The position numbers and the translations under genes are program-made. 32,700 bases of DNA. It comes from a virus (Duplodnaviria > Caudoviricetes). A model generated the notes under the pieces. That model had not been told where the DNA came from. It searched no databases and saw only the letters and a list, made by a program, of their open reading frames with translations. Positions 1-10,500 of the stretch are shown here, piece after piece. The stretch covers positions 1 through 32,700 of IMG/VR virus record IMGVR_UViG_3300025288_000064. The stretch is one strand, 5' to 3'. Each line of letters opens with the position of its first letter. The stretch's first letter is position 1.

Positions 1-7
1 ACGACAG

Positions 8-131
8 TGTAACGCGACACTTGGTTTGACATTTCAGGACACATGGTTTGACTATGATTTGGACACATGGTTTGACTATACGGTGGACACTTGGTTTGAC
101 TATACGGTGGACACTTGGTTTGACTATACGG
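8..131 (+). repeat. Phage end: TGTAACGC plus five copies of GACAC(T/A)TGGTTTGAC (16-30, 38-52, 62-76, 86-100, 110-124), likely transposase-binding sites
   Basis: Read directly. Spacing is 22, 24, 24, 24 bp and the last three units form a near-perfect 24-bp tandem. An 8-bp TGT terminus followed by repeats is the layout of MuA/TnsB-family ends. Confidence 0.88.
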
Positions 132-159
132 ATTTCCCCGTAAGCGAACGGCTAAATGG

Positions 160-666
160 CTAGGTAGAAGTCCCAATCAGCACAATCTTGTAGACCAATG
201 CCGAGCCTTCGGCACCGTTTGCAAACTTGAGCAAATCAGCGGAGGCAGCTGTTACAGGAAAGCCAGAACCAGGAGCGGTCAAGCAAAGCGCTCCACCTGG
301 TGGAACCTTGAGCGTATCAGTAGCATCCCCAAAGATTGCCGCAAATGCATTAGCTGCTGCTCCACCGATCGTTAGAGTCTGCTCCGAGCTTGTGTTTTCG
401 ACAAAAATAGCTTTAATGGTCGCAAACGCCAAGAGATTTCCAAAGGCATCGAACAGCGAACCGGAAAGGTCAAGCTCTTCGGTTGCTGAATCAGCAAGGG
501 AACGCTGATCGTGGAAAATCAGGTCAGCCTGAGCCGCACTTGTCCCATTGGCCAGGGCCGTGTTTTTGCTGTAGGTCAGCTGGTCTTCTGGTGTTGAAAG
601 ATCAAGGGAGCTGCTAAATGCTGCGACGATCGCCACTTTAATTGAAGCCTTGAGATTGGTAGGCAT
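160..666 (-). CDS. Conserved phage protein, probably virion structural (beta-rich), last gene before the end
   Basis: 168 aa with RBS GAGGAG; motif DQRSLADSATEELDLSGSLFDAFG resembles a widespread uncharacterised phage structural family. Confidence 0.75.
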   Translation of the reverse strand: MPTNLKASIKVAIVAAFSSSLDLSTPEDQLTYSKNTALANGTSAAQADLIFHDQRSLADSATEELDLSGSLFDAFGNLLAFATIKAIFVENTSSEQTLTIGGAAANAFAAIFGDATDTLKVPPGGALCLTAPGSGFPVTAASADLLKFANGAEGSALVYKIVLIGTST

Positions 667-681
667 GCTATTTCTCCTCTG

Positions 682-855
682 CTAGGATGCCGGGGTTTTT
701 CCGGAGAATTTGGGTGATCTTGGGTCGGGTGTTGATGGTTTCTTGCCGATTATTCCTGATGCGATAGTCATATGTAATGAAATCTCCATGTATTTCTTAA
801 TTGTTATGGGGGTGATTCTTTCCCCGCAGAATGGGCAGCATTTGCCCTTCCACAT
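682..855 (-). CDS. Small hypothetical protein with CCPFC motif (57 aa)
   Basis: ATG at 855 preceded by GAGGAG; fills the gap between tail fibre and last gene; overlaps fibre 3' end by 52 nt. Confidence 0.45.
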   Translation of the reverse strand: MWKGKCCPFCGERITPITIKKYMEISLHMTIASGIIGKKPSTPDPRSPKFSGKTPAS

Positions 856-3800
856 GAGCCTTCTCTCCTCAGGGGGGACAGAGGGCACAGAGGTTGCTCG
901 CAGCCTGATGATTGATCAAGGATTGTTTGAAGTTTTTGGATCTTTATTGCCTGGGCATCAACAATAGACGCAAGCTCTTGGATGGCACGTAAAGCCACTC
1001 CGGCTTTATCGCCGAGGCCGATGCTTTCGGTATTACCTCCTGCAATGCCAAACAACTGATTGAAATCCCGAGCCGTTGGGCCTATGTGCCGGGGTGCGTT
1101 CCATGCCTCTTCTTCATATTCCACCTCCCGCACATCACGCCTAATCGGGAAGCGGTTTTTTTCTTTCAGGCATTCTTCAACTAGGCGCTCATATCTTTTG
1201 CGGGAAATTTTCTTGTCGTCATACTGCCAGCTTTGAATATCAAGGGTTTTGAGCTTATCCAAAACCGAAACAGGTTCAAAATTGCTCTTGATCTCTGCAT
1301 CGGAAAGGTCTGTGATATAGCCGGTAATTTTGCCGTTGGTGTAGATTGCATGATCGCTGGTAGATTCAGCGGCAATGCCTATGTGAGCCTTTGCGGTAGT
1401 GGACCCATCGAAATAATAGCCCGCTCCAATCGTCACCGAGGCTTTTAAGTAGGGACCGAATGTGTAGCTCATCACACGTATTGCGGGGCCGCCGAGGTCG
1501 AACATGTTAACGGGGGTATCTATCGGTTCGGCAGACATTTCTATGCGATGAGACACTGAACTTGTTGTGTAAGTGTCGCCACCGAGCCCTGTTGCGCCTA
1601 TTTCAAAGCCGCCAATCTCACCCGATGTAGAGACCATTTCGCCATTGTGCTTTACCTGAAATGGTGCCGTTGTGGAGGTAGTTCCTCCAGCCCAGAAGGC
1701 TCGCTTGTTCGTGTCAGTGCTGATTCCGATTGCTGTCGTGCTTGAGCCTGCTGTGAGATCATCAGTGTCAATGGTGAATCCAGCAAGAGCACAAACCCCT
1801 GTTGAAGTAGTAAAACTAAACTTTGGAGCGGTGGAGCCACCCAACTTGAGATCGCCGCTGTCTAAGTCAAAATAGCTCCCGGTGGTTTCGCCCCAATTCT
1901 GACTTTTCAGTTCACCAGTAACGATCCGGTCAGCGTTGATGACGCCCGGTCCGTCATCCATATCCATCATGTAGAGGGTTTTTATTTCAGCGGCTGAAAG
2001 CCTACGCCTCCAAAAGGTTGGGGTGCCGACTTTCCCGTCGAAGGGCCATGGATTAGCGCTGATTCTGAATTTCCCGACGATTACTTTATCGGTCGTTGTA
2101 ATTCCAGCTGCCCAGGAGAAGGAAATTTCTTTTACCAATACTCCATTAACATAGACGCTCGCGCTCAATTGATTGCTTGGTAGCGTAACTGCGACATGAT
2201 GCAAGGTGCCACTAGAAACTGAATAATTGCAAGTATACGCAGTTCGGACGTAGAGGTAAAGTGCTGCGTCAATGAACATCACTCCAAGGCCAACGCCGCT
2301 GCTGTCTTGAATCGCAATGAAACCATGGTTGCCTGAAACGCTGTCAGGTTGGACCCAACATGCAATTGTGCAGTCCCCCGACATTCCTGCGTCGGCATCA
2401 CCGAGAATGTAATCATCAGAACCGTTAAAGTCGAATGCAGGCCCGATCGCTAACAAATTGATAATGCTGATTCCATTGAAAGCAGATGCGTGATTGCCAT
2501 TCCCAGTGGAATCTACAACTGCACCAGTTGCACTTGGGGCAGTGCTGCCCATGCCCTTAGCCGAATACTTAATCAGGGCTCCCCTTGGTGCCGCCATCGC
2601 TGAAACATTGAGCTTATCGGTAGTGATGGCCCCTGCCGACAAAGCGGCGGTTTCGATAGCTCCTGCTGCTATTTTAGAGGCTACAACCGAATCGGCTGCC
2701 AGCTTGGCGGTGATGATAGCGCCATCCTGAATAAGGGTAGCTGGCAAGACTTCTTCAAGGCGGATATCCTGTGCTTCTGAGTACCCACCGTCTCCAGAGG
2801 AGGCACCAAAAACTATACTGATTGTTCGCCCTGTAGAGTCGATTGCTCCTTTTGCTGTTCCAGGGCCGAACAAAAAACTGACTTCTTGCCAGCTTGTCGT
2901 CAAAACAGTATCAACAGAGGCAAAACTGTAACTATTTGCAGTAGGAACGCTAACAGAAGAACTATTGAAAATTCTTACACCCAATATGAATGGCCTAACC
3001 GTGCCACTTGTGCTTTTTCGAGCCCACGCCCTAGCCCGATAAACCTTGGTTGGATCGACAGGTTTCGCGATAGACTGCATCAAACTTGTAAGACTGACGG
3101 GCGACCGGATTACCGAGTTACCCACTTTTCCGTCTGTAACTGAGGCGATATAGGCGGCACTTCCCTGCCAATACGACCAGGCTGAAATATCCTCACAACC
3201 TGGATCATCGTTAAGAGCTGCACCAGCCTTGCCTATGAGCAGCTTTTCAGCCGTAATAGCCCCGGCTGCAATTTTGGCAGCGATAACCGAACCGGCTGCA
3301 ATATTCGCTGCAACTACGCTGTCGGTTGCCAGCTTCCCGGCAACGATACTTTCAGCGGTGATCTTGCCTCCGCTGATGGTGGTCGTTCCTGCATTCACAT
3401 CGGCGGCTGCGCCGGTAACAACCAACGCCGTGCCCGTGATTTTGTCGGCGGTCAAACTCCCTGCTGCAATCCTGGCAGCGGCCAAAGAGCCGGTATTTAT
3501 CTTGGCGGCATCGAGGTTCGCGACCTTAGCATTTGTGATAATCGCGTCTTTGATTTGAGCTGATAGCGTGATCACTTCGCCGGTTGTTAAGAGATCTGCT
3601 GTAATTCGGCCAAACGCTACATCGCCGGGAAACATATAGAGCGATTTCACTTCAGTTGCAGTTAGTGCGCGGTTGAAGATGCGTGGGTGAGCTATAAGAC
3701 CTGCAAATTGATTTGGCGGTAATCCCTGAACACGACCTAAAATTGCATCAATACCGCTTATCGCTGGAACTATACTTGTATTGATAGCGTTGTCCAGGTT

Positions 3801-6788
3801 GCCGTTAAAATATATTCTTACGCAGCTACCATCGAAAGTGACCACTACATGAGTTGTGCTGGTATAACTTAAACTTGTTGCGCTGTGTATCGAAGACATC
3901 GTAGAGGATGAGCCGTTAGAATGCGAGACCATTAGAGAATCTGTAAAATATTGATGGAAGGATAGCCTTATGTCAATCCAGCGAGTGCCATTTGAAATAG
4001 TGAAAATGCCGCCTCGCTGTGTGGGAGAAACCCATAGTGATATCGAATATGATTCTGCACTAGATAATGGCATCCCCAGATTGATGTAATCATCGCTACC
4101 ATCAAAGCTGAACGCGGGGCCAATGTCGCTATTTTCTATCGAAACTCCGCCGTAGGCTTTGCCGTGATTGGCGTTGCCTGAAACATCTCTTACGCCGTCA
4201 TCTTCAGCAATAGAGGTAGTAGTGCAGTTGAGTGCTGAATATGAAGCTATTGCACCATATGGTGATTTCAGAGCTGCGCTACTGAGACCTGTCGCCGTCA
4301 CTGCCCCAGCTGCGATCTTTGCTTCTTCGACTGCCCCAGTCGCGATTTTGATGGCGGTCACGGCATCGGTAGCAAGCTTTGTGTTGCTTACTGCCCCAAG
4401 AGCTATCTTCGCTTCGGTAACGGCATCAGAAGCAAGTTTCAGCTCACTCACCGCGCCGGTCGCGATCTTGGCCCCTGACACTGCACTGGCTGCTATCTTT
4501 GCCTCTTCAACCGCACTCGCGGCTATCTTAATGGCGGTCACAGCATCGGTAGCTATTTTGGAGTTACTAACTGCCCCAAGAGCTATCTGCGCTTCGGTGA
4601 CTGCTGCTGTAGCAATTGCCGTTGCATCAATGACGCCGGCGGCAAACAGGGCAGAACTATTCAACGCACCGTTAACGATATCACTTCCTTCAATGGCCGT
4701 GATCTCGATCGGCCCGGCAGCAGCACTGAATCCGCTTGGGTTGCCCCAAGAGTCAAATGCTTTGGCCCAGTAGTAAAAGGTATCGCCGTAGGCGTTGGCC
4801 TTGTCGGAATACCCGGCTTTGCCGTCCTTGCTGGTTACACTTCCGATCTGGCTTGCCGTGCTGCTGTTGTTGGTTGTATTTCGGTAAATCATGAAGCCTG
4901 CCATGTCTGATGGCACACTGCCCAGTGTGATAGTTAGCCCGATATGCTTTAGATAACTGGCCGCCGAAATAGATGGAGCACCGGGTGGCACGGTATCGCC
5001 CTGTGTGGTTATTGTGCCAGTGATGTAATCACTCTTTCCTGTGGTCGATATTCGCTGTATGCGAACTGAATAGAGCTGATCCGGCTTAACCGGCGCAATC
5101 TCAAAGCTAGTGCCACGCACTAAACCCAAGCTGTTCCAAGTGCTGGGTGAAGTGCTTTCTCCAAACTCAATGCTGGCAGCCAGGTAGGAATTGTCTGGAA
5201 GCGTGAAACTTCCAGTGATGACCACGATATTCGTTCCATCCGAACTGGGTCGAACCTCCGAATCAAGAGCTAAACCTGAAGCTGCACCCGGCAAATAAGG
5301 TGAAACCACGGGAGGGTCTTGTATCCACGTAATGCCCGTTCCCGAAGCTCCCACTGCAAAGATGGAGGTATCGTATTTCTCAGCCTCAATTACGTGGGAA
5401 GAATCCCCTATCTGAAGGTCAGTTACCTGGTAGGTCCCCGAAAGACTTTTTTCAGGGTAATCCATGGTGATAACGCTGCCTTCCTTCAAGGTGGCCGGTA
5501 GAACCTGAGTTGCAAACTGCACCTTCTGAGCCCCGATAAGGCTCTTCTTGCAGGTATATTCCACAATGGCTTGAGCAGTATCCATGTCCCGAATCAGGTA
5601 GCTCTGCCCAGAAAACTCTTGGTCACTAATATCGGCCTGGCTGCCTTCATCATTGTATTGGGCCTTCTGAAGAAACTGTGCCGTGATGGGGTTGTAAGCA
5701 AACTCCAATTGCCCTTTGTTATAGACTCGACCGGTGAAAGCTCCTTTCCCATGCCTCATCAACTCAACGTTTTTTCTGGTATAGGTCTGTTCGCTTGATG
5801 CTGAAGCATTCACGAATAATCGCCGTTTCCCGTCAGCTCCAATTGAATAACTGCCCCGAATGGCTTGACAGATCTGATCGATCCAGCTTTGGGCTGTCTG
5901 GCGAAAATACAAAACCCCATCAAGCTTTAAGCCGGCTGCATCTATCCGTGAAATAGCCGTTGTGAAGGCCGTTGAATCGATGTCGGCTTCCGCAATACCA
6001 AGGCCCCACCCGCAAGTGCCTTCTCGGGCTGTCTTGAGGAGCCAATACAAGAACCTTCCGCCATTCCTGCATTCTTCGATTGTGTGGGTGCCAAGCTTAA
6101 CCCCTACCACATCAGCGCTGATCTCCGAATAGGTGCCATCGTCATTCTTGCGAAGGCTTTCATCGGTGATCTGAACATACACGATACCGGCATAATTGGC
6201 CTGACCTGAAGTGCCGGTGTATGAGGTAAATCCGGCCGATAATGCTTCTGTTCCTCGATAGACGGTAACAACCTGGTGAATCTCGCCGGGACAGAAAAGA
6301 TAGATGCCTTGGGTCTTGTCGATCAGAATACCCTTCAGCAAAATGGGATTGGCCACGTTCCCGCCGATGACTGTCGGCAACATTGCGTTAATGGCCGAAA
6401 CATGAAAATCCTCATTTACGGAAACAAGCCGCGCAACCTCATCTGGTATTTGAATGCTCAGCTCGGGCGCAGACTTTTCGGTAACCACGAGATACAGTAT
6501 CCCGGCACCATCAGAATCGTAGGCCGTTACTTCTCCACGCCACTGAAACCCTGTATCAGACTCAATCAGAACGCTTGCAGCCCACAAATCAACAGTGGCA
6601 ATGATAAAAGCATCGTTGTTTCGCACTTGGACATCCACAGTGACCGGAGTAGTGCCAAGTTTAGCAAAGCGGCGCTTCAGTTTTGGCTCATTGAGCAGCC
6701 GACCGTGATACTGGCCATCGTCAACAACATAGAGCGTTTGCGCGGCAATTTTGTAGGTATTTGCACCAGCCGTAATGGTCAGCTTCAT
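804..6788 (-). CDS. Tail tip/central fibre: N-terminal hub region, FN3-like domains, 10-aa AVTxAKIA repeats, two LamG/ConA-like domains, CBM-like domain, C-terminal S74 chaperone/peptidase
   Basis: 1994 aa; GN.NH...GPAF.F.GSDDYI twice; SDAEIK...HIGPTARDF plus coiled coil at C terminus; position after tape measure and distal-tail-like genes. Confidence 0.9.
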   Translation of the reverse strand: MKLTITAGANTYKIAAQTLYVVDDGQYHGRLLNEPKLKRRFAKLGTTPVTVDVQVRNNDAFIIATVDLWAASVLIESDTGFQWRGEVTAYDSDGAGILYLVVTEKSAPELSIQIPDEVARLVSVNEDFHVSAINAMLPTVIGGNVANPILLKGILIDKTQGIYLFCPGEIHQVVTVYRGTEALSAGFTSYTGTSGQANYAGIVYVQITDESLRKNDDGTYSEISADVVGVKLGTHTIEECRNGGRFLYWLLKTAREGTCGWGLGIAEADIDSTAFTTAISRIDAAGLKLDGVLYFRQTAQSWIDQICQAIRGSYSIGADGKRRLFVNASASSEQTYTRKNVELMRHGKGAFTGRVYNKGQLEFAYNPITAQFLQKAQYNDEGSQADISDQEFSGQSYLIRDMDTAQAIVEYTCKKSLIGAQKVQFATQVLPATLKEGSVITMDYPEKSLSGTYQVTDLQIGDSSHVIEAEKYDTSIFAVGASGTGITWIQDPPVVSPYLPGAASGLALDSEVRPSSDGTNIVVITGSFTLPDNSYLAASIEFGESTSPSTWNSLGLVRGTSFEIAPVKPDQLYSVRIQRISTTGKSDYITGTITTQGDTVPPGAPSISAASYLKHIGLTITLGSVPSDMAGFMIYRNTTNNSSTASQIGSVTSKDGKAGYSDKANAYGDTFYYWAKAFDSWGNPSGFSAAAGPIEITAIEGSDIVNGALNSSALFAAGVIDATAIATAAVTEAQIALGAVSNSKIATDAVTAIKIAASAVEEAKIAASAVSGAKIATGAVSELKLASDAVTEAKIALGAVSNTKLATDAVTAIKIATGAVEEAKIAAGAVTATGLSSAALKSPYGAIASYSALNCTTTSIAEDDGVRDVSGNANHGKAYGGVSIENSDIGPAFSFDGSDDYINLGMPLSSAESYSISLWVSPTQRGGIFTISNGTRWIDIRLSFHQYFTDSLMVSHSNGSSSTMSSIHSATSLSYTSTTHVVVTFDGSCVRIYFNGNLDNAINTSIVPAISGIDAILGRVQGLPPNQFAGLIAHPRIFNRALTATEVKSLYMFPGDVAFGRITADLLTTGEVITLSAQIKDAIITNAKVANLDAAKINTGSLAAARIAAGSLTADKITGTALVVTGAAADVNAGTTTISGGKITAESIVAGKLATDSVVAANIAAGSVIAAKIAAGAITAEKLLIGKAGAALNDDPGCEDISAWSYWQGSAAYIASVTDGKVGNSVIRSPVSLTSLMQSIAKPVDPTKVYRARAWARKSTSGTVRPFILGVRIFNSSSVSVPTANSYSFASVDTVLTTSWQEVSFLFGPGTAKGAIDSTGRTISIVFGASSGDGGYSEAQDIRLEEVLPATLIQDGAIITAKLAADSVVASKIAAGAIETAALSAGAITTDKLNVSAMAAPRGALIKYSAKGMGSTAPSATGAVVDSTGNGNHASAFNGISIINLLAIGPAFDFNGSDDYILGDADAGMSGDCTIACWVQPDSVSGNHGFIAIQDSSGVGLGVMFIDAALYLYVRTAYTCNYSVSSGTLHHVAVTLPSNQLSASVYVNGVLVKEISFSWAAGITTTDKVIVGKFRISANPWPFDGKVGTPTFWRRRLSAAEIKTLYMMDMDDGPGVINADRIVTGELKSQNWGETTGSYFDLDSGDLKLGGSTAPKFSFTTSTGVCALAGFTIDTDDLTAGSSTTAIGISTDTNKRAFWAGGTTSTTAPFQVKHNGEMVSTSGEIGGFEIGATGLGGDTYTTSSVSHRIEMSAEPIDTPVNMFDLGGPAIRVMSYTFGPYLKASVTIGAGYYFDGSTTAKAHIGIAAESTSDHAIYTNGKITGYITDLSDAEIKSNFEPVSVLDKLKTLDIQSWQYDDKKISRKRYERLVEECLKEKNRFPIRRDVREVEYEEEAWNAPRHIGPTARDFNQLFGIAGGNTESIGLGDKAGVALRAIQELASIVDAQAIKIQKLQTILDQSSGCEQPLCPLSPLRREGSCGRANAAHSAGKESPP
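4300..4620 (-). repeat. Intragenic coding repeat (30-bp units, 180-bp higher-order duplication) in tail fibre
   Basis: ACTGCCCCAAGAGCTATCT at 4390 and 4570; ATGGCGGTCAC(G/A)GCATCGGTAGC at 4351 and 4531. Confidence 0.8.
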
Positions 6789-7516
6789 ACTCGCTCCTCA
6801 AGCACAAACTCAAGGTCACAATCTATTTGGCTCCTCACTCGTGGGCGTTTTCCAGCAGGCTTGTAAACAAGGAAAGAGTCGCCTACGCTGCCCAAATCGG
6901 TAAACACAACTGCCAGGGTCCAGCGTTTGAGGGGGGCATTATCCATTTCTGCCTTGGTTACGCCGGTCATTGATGCTGTCATAACATGGCGAGCTTTGCC
7001 CTTTTCATCCTTGGTATAAGCGCCTCCATCAGCCTTGAAGCTATTAAACTCTTCAATCACTTGGGGCTCCCATGAGGAAATGTATAGCTCTTCGATCTCA
7101 CCCAAAATAATGTTGCCAAGCCATGGAACGGAGTCGCTGAACAAGAGGCTTTGAACCGGGATACTGACCCTGACATACCGATAGTTGGTTTCAGAAAGGG
7201 CAAAGAAGCCTTTGTAAATTCCTACATCATCGTCTGCAAGCGTGACAGACTCTGAAACCGCTGGGCTTGTCCATGTATTAGTATCATTGGCTTGAATCGT
7301 GACGCTGGTGAAATTGGCGTTGTTGAGCCAAATGTAATCAATGGCCTGGGCAGTTGCAAGGTCCAGCACGATGTTGACGGCGGCGCTGAAAGCGGCTGCT
7401 TTCCAAAGTAAATCTGGATCGTCATCCAGCAGGTTCAGGGCCGGAAAATCAGAATTGACGCTGTCAGCGGAGATCGAGTTAACTGTTCTCATATTTTGAT
7501 CTGTCATGATTTTCAT
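6785..7516 (-). CDS. Distal-tail-like protein with discoidin/galactose-binding-like N-terminal fold
   Basis: ATG at 7516 overlaps tape-measure stop (TGATG); FPALNLLDDDPDLLWKA...IVLDL...YRYVRV pattern; located between TMP and tail tip. Confidence 0.7.
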   Translation of the reverse strand: MKIMTDQNMRTVNSISADSVNSDFPALNLLDDDPDLLWKAAAFSAAVNIVLDLATAQAIDYIWLNNANFTSVTIQANDTNTWTSPAVSESVTLADDDVGIYKGFFALSETNYRYVRVSIPVQSLLFSDSVPWLGNIILGEIEELYISSWEPQVIEEFNSFKADGGAYTKDEKGKARHVMTASMTGVTKAEMDNAPLKRWTLAVVFTDLGSVGDSFLVYKPAGKRPRVRSQIDCDLEFVLEERV

Positions 7517-10500
7517 CAACCCCACCTCGCCTTCGCTTCTGCTGATGCCAGAGCACTTTGCAAGAGCGCAACCACTTCAGGGTTACTGGCAAACTCATCG
7601 ATATACTCTCTGATAGCCGCTGCTGCATCACCGCCCTGAAGGATAGCGATAGATTGCCGCTGCTGAAGTTCGCCCACTAAGGAGAGCGCTGATTCGAGCT
7701 GAGCTTGGTTCTGCTCTGCCATCATGCGCTCTTTTTCATCTTGCTGTTCCTTCTCAATCCTCAATTGTTCGATTTGAGTTTGATGATAGGCATCCATTGC
7801 CCGTTCAAAGTTTTCCAGGGATGCAGATCGTTCTTCAAAGGTTTTACTGAGATCATCGAAAATTTTTTCTGAGCGTTTCATCACCTCTTCATAGGCTTTT
7901 TCCTGCTTTTCCAAGTAGCTCAGATACTTTGTTGTGTATGCATCTTCATCAGTGTATTTCAACGATTCAAGTTCATACTTGTTTGTTCCTGTTTGCTTGA
8001 CCATGTCGAGCAAATATAACGGAATTCGCCGATTGAGATTGTTGGTTTGCAAGCTGGTGAATGCTTCAAACAAATCTCGTTGGCTCAAATTCCCGGCGTC
8101 AAGTTGGCGTTTGCCTTGCTCCGAACTTTCAAACCCAATGTTGTTGCTGAACGCAGAAAAAGGGATCGTATCCAGCCAGGGCGCGTATTGGGTGAAGCGC
8201 TGATTGATGATGGAGGTGCTTTCAGCATTGGCCTGGCCAAGCTGTCGGGTAAGGTTCTCTGAGGTAACGATCAAGTTGTGAATGTCCTCAGATAGGTCAA
8301 CTGATTCCGATGTGCCATCGCTCCAGTTCAGATCAGCGCTGTCTGCTCGATAGCGCACCTGCTGCACTGCCGTCTGATAGGTAAGTGTTTCCTTTTGGAG
8401 GGCCTCAAAATCCTTGCCCCCGGCTACTAAGACCTCAATTGAGCGTTCCATTTCGCGGTTGTAAGTTTCAGAGTTTTCGATGGCCTTTGTCAGAGCTTCA
8501 AGTGCGGAACTGGCACCTTGATCGACGAGACCGTAGGTGCGTGTCTTGTCCGAAAATACCCCATCACCCGAATCGTTCCAGTGATACCCGATTTTCACGC
8601 CAAAGATGCCGCCTCTAGCCTTCAAAAGGCTATAGTTGCTTCCACCTGCAATATAGGGAAGCAACTCAGTTTTGAAGGATTCCAGATAGGCCGCGGTGAG
8701 TTTACCCTTTAAGTCGGTAGCTTTCTCTATTACCGCTTTGCCATGTTCCTCTCGGCCACCGAAGAATCGGCCGGGCCGTGTCAGATAGGAAGTGACCAGG
8801 CTAACCCCAACATTCGTAGCCAGGTTACCGAAATCAATCCCGCCACCAGCATTGAGGACAGGGAATTTGGCAGAAACAGATCTGCTAAGCACGTCAGATA
8901 GGATGCTTCCCAGTGTCGCAGAGAAGTTCGAGAAGTCGGCGTTTGCAAAGCCGGTAGTGACAGCTTCAGCAATGGTTTTGGAAAGATCATTCTTGGTCTT
9001 CTTTTCATCCGGGGTGCTTCCTACTTGCCAAACCGTCGAAAGAACGTTCCCGCCGTAGCTGTCCCAAAGATCTTGCAGCGGGTCGGCCTGGGTGGCTTCG
9101 ACATACTTCATCATGCCGCGCTGGAAAAGTTCAACGGCCGGTTTAAAGCTTGAGGGAGTAGCTTTGTCTAATAGTTTAGACATGGCTTTTTGAATCAGGC
9201 CAATACTGTTAGCCAGCTCGGCCGCGTCGGAGGCAGCCTCAGTGAAGGGGAGTTTGTCTAAGAATTGTTGCCCAACGTCCCATTTGTTTATTAAGTTAAC
9301 TGCATCTTCCAATGCACCTGTAACACCGAGCCAAACGTCTTTAATCTTTACGGCGGATGCTTCTACATTACGATTCGCAGCATAGATTGCTTTTATAGCT
9401 TCTACAACTCCGACAGAAGCCGATTTTGCTGCTTTTGCTAATCTTTCTGCTTCTTTTGCAGCTTCTTTCGCAGATAACCCTGGCGAAGGAGGAGGAGGAG
9501 GAGGAGGAACTGGAGGCTTAAAGAGAGAAATGGCCCAGTTCTTGTATTCTTCCGTTGTAGCCGAAAGGTAACGATGAAGTTCCTCAGCACCGGGAGCAAT
9601 GCTAACTTGCTCTTTTAATTTCGCAATTTCAGCGTTTATACTCTTTAATTCGGCTTTTTTGGTGTATAAGATTTTGGCTTCTCTTGAATGTTGCTGATGA
9701 AAGAGGTCCTCAAAAGAGCCTGGATCGTTCTGACCAGCTATTGCAGGTCTTACACCTAAAGGATCTTGGAGTCTCTTTCTGATTCTAGCGCTCTCTCTTG
9801 CTTGATTGTCGATTTCCTGAATTTTGGTGTTGATCTCATTCAGGCTCCCAAGAGCTGTTTTTTTCAACTCAAGAAACGAAATGCGTAGCTCTAAAGGACC
9901 CTTCAGGTGCCCTAGTTTTTCAAGGGACTTAATCTGGTCTTCGGTATATTTGTTCCAATCCTCAGTTTCTCTAGAAAGTTGGTAAAGGTGAGTTCCCAAA
10001 ACACCCAGACCAATAGCGGCCAGCGCGTATGGATTAGCACTCATGGCACCGTTCAAAGCAAGCTGTGCTTTAGCTGCCCATTCGGTATTTCTGGCAACAA
10101 CAGCAATTTCCATTGCCAATGTTGCCAGTTTCCAACTTGCATACGCTGCCACGGTCAGTTCAACAGTGTTTTTCAGTTGAGACAATTTGCTATCAGCATT
10201 ATGACTAGCATCAATGAGCTTGTTCGTTTGTTTTATTGATTCGTTCAACCATTCGACGTAGGGCTGAAAGCCTTCGCCAACTAGTTCCCCTACCTTTAGC
10301 TTTAAATGCGTAAAAGAGGTTTCGAGCTGACGCATTTTATCGGCCCGCGAATCAACTAAGCCGCCCATTGCTTCAAGCTCTTCATTACCTGCCTCCAAGG
10401 TCATTTCAAACAGTTTGGCTACTTTATCCGCATCACTCATCCCGTCGGTCAATTGCTCAAATCCTGCGGGAATTCGGATACCAAGGTTGTCCAAAATTTG

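Noticed and set aside
16-131. CRISPR array
   Set aside because: Units are only 22-24 bp, the intervening 7-9 bp are near-identical rather than unique spacers, and there are no cas genes
8-131. End of an IS21-family element
   Set aside because: No istA/istB follows; phage genes start at once and the phage encodes its own DDE transposase
682-855. Com zinc-finger translational activator
   Set aside because: Only one CxxC pair and no mom-like gene downstream
804-6788. Diversity-generating retroelement or invertible tail-fibre cassette
   Set aside because: No reverse transcriptase or invertase in the window; no TR/VR pair or flanking inverted repeats seen; the two LamG domains are diverged
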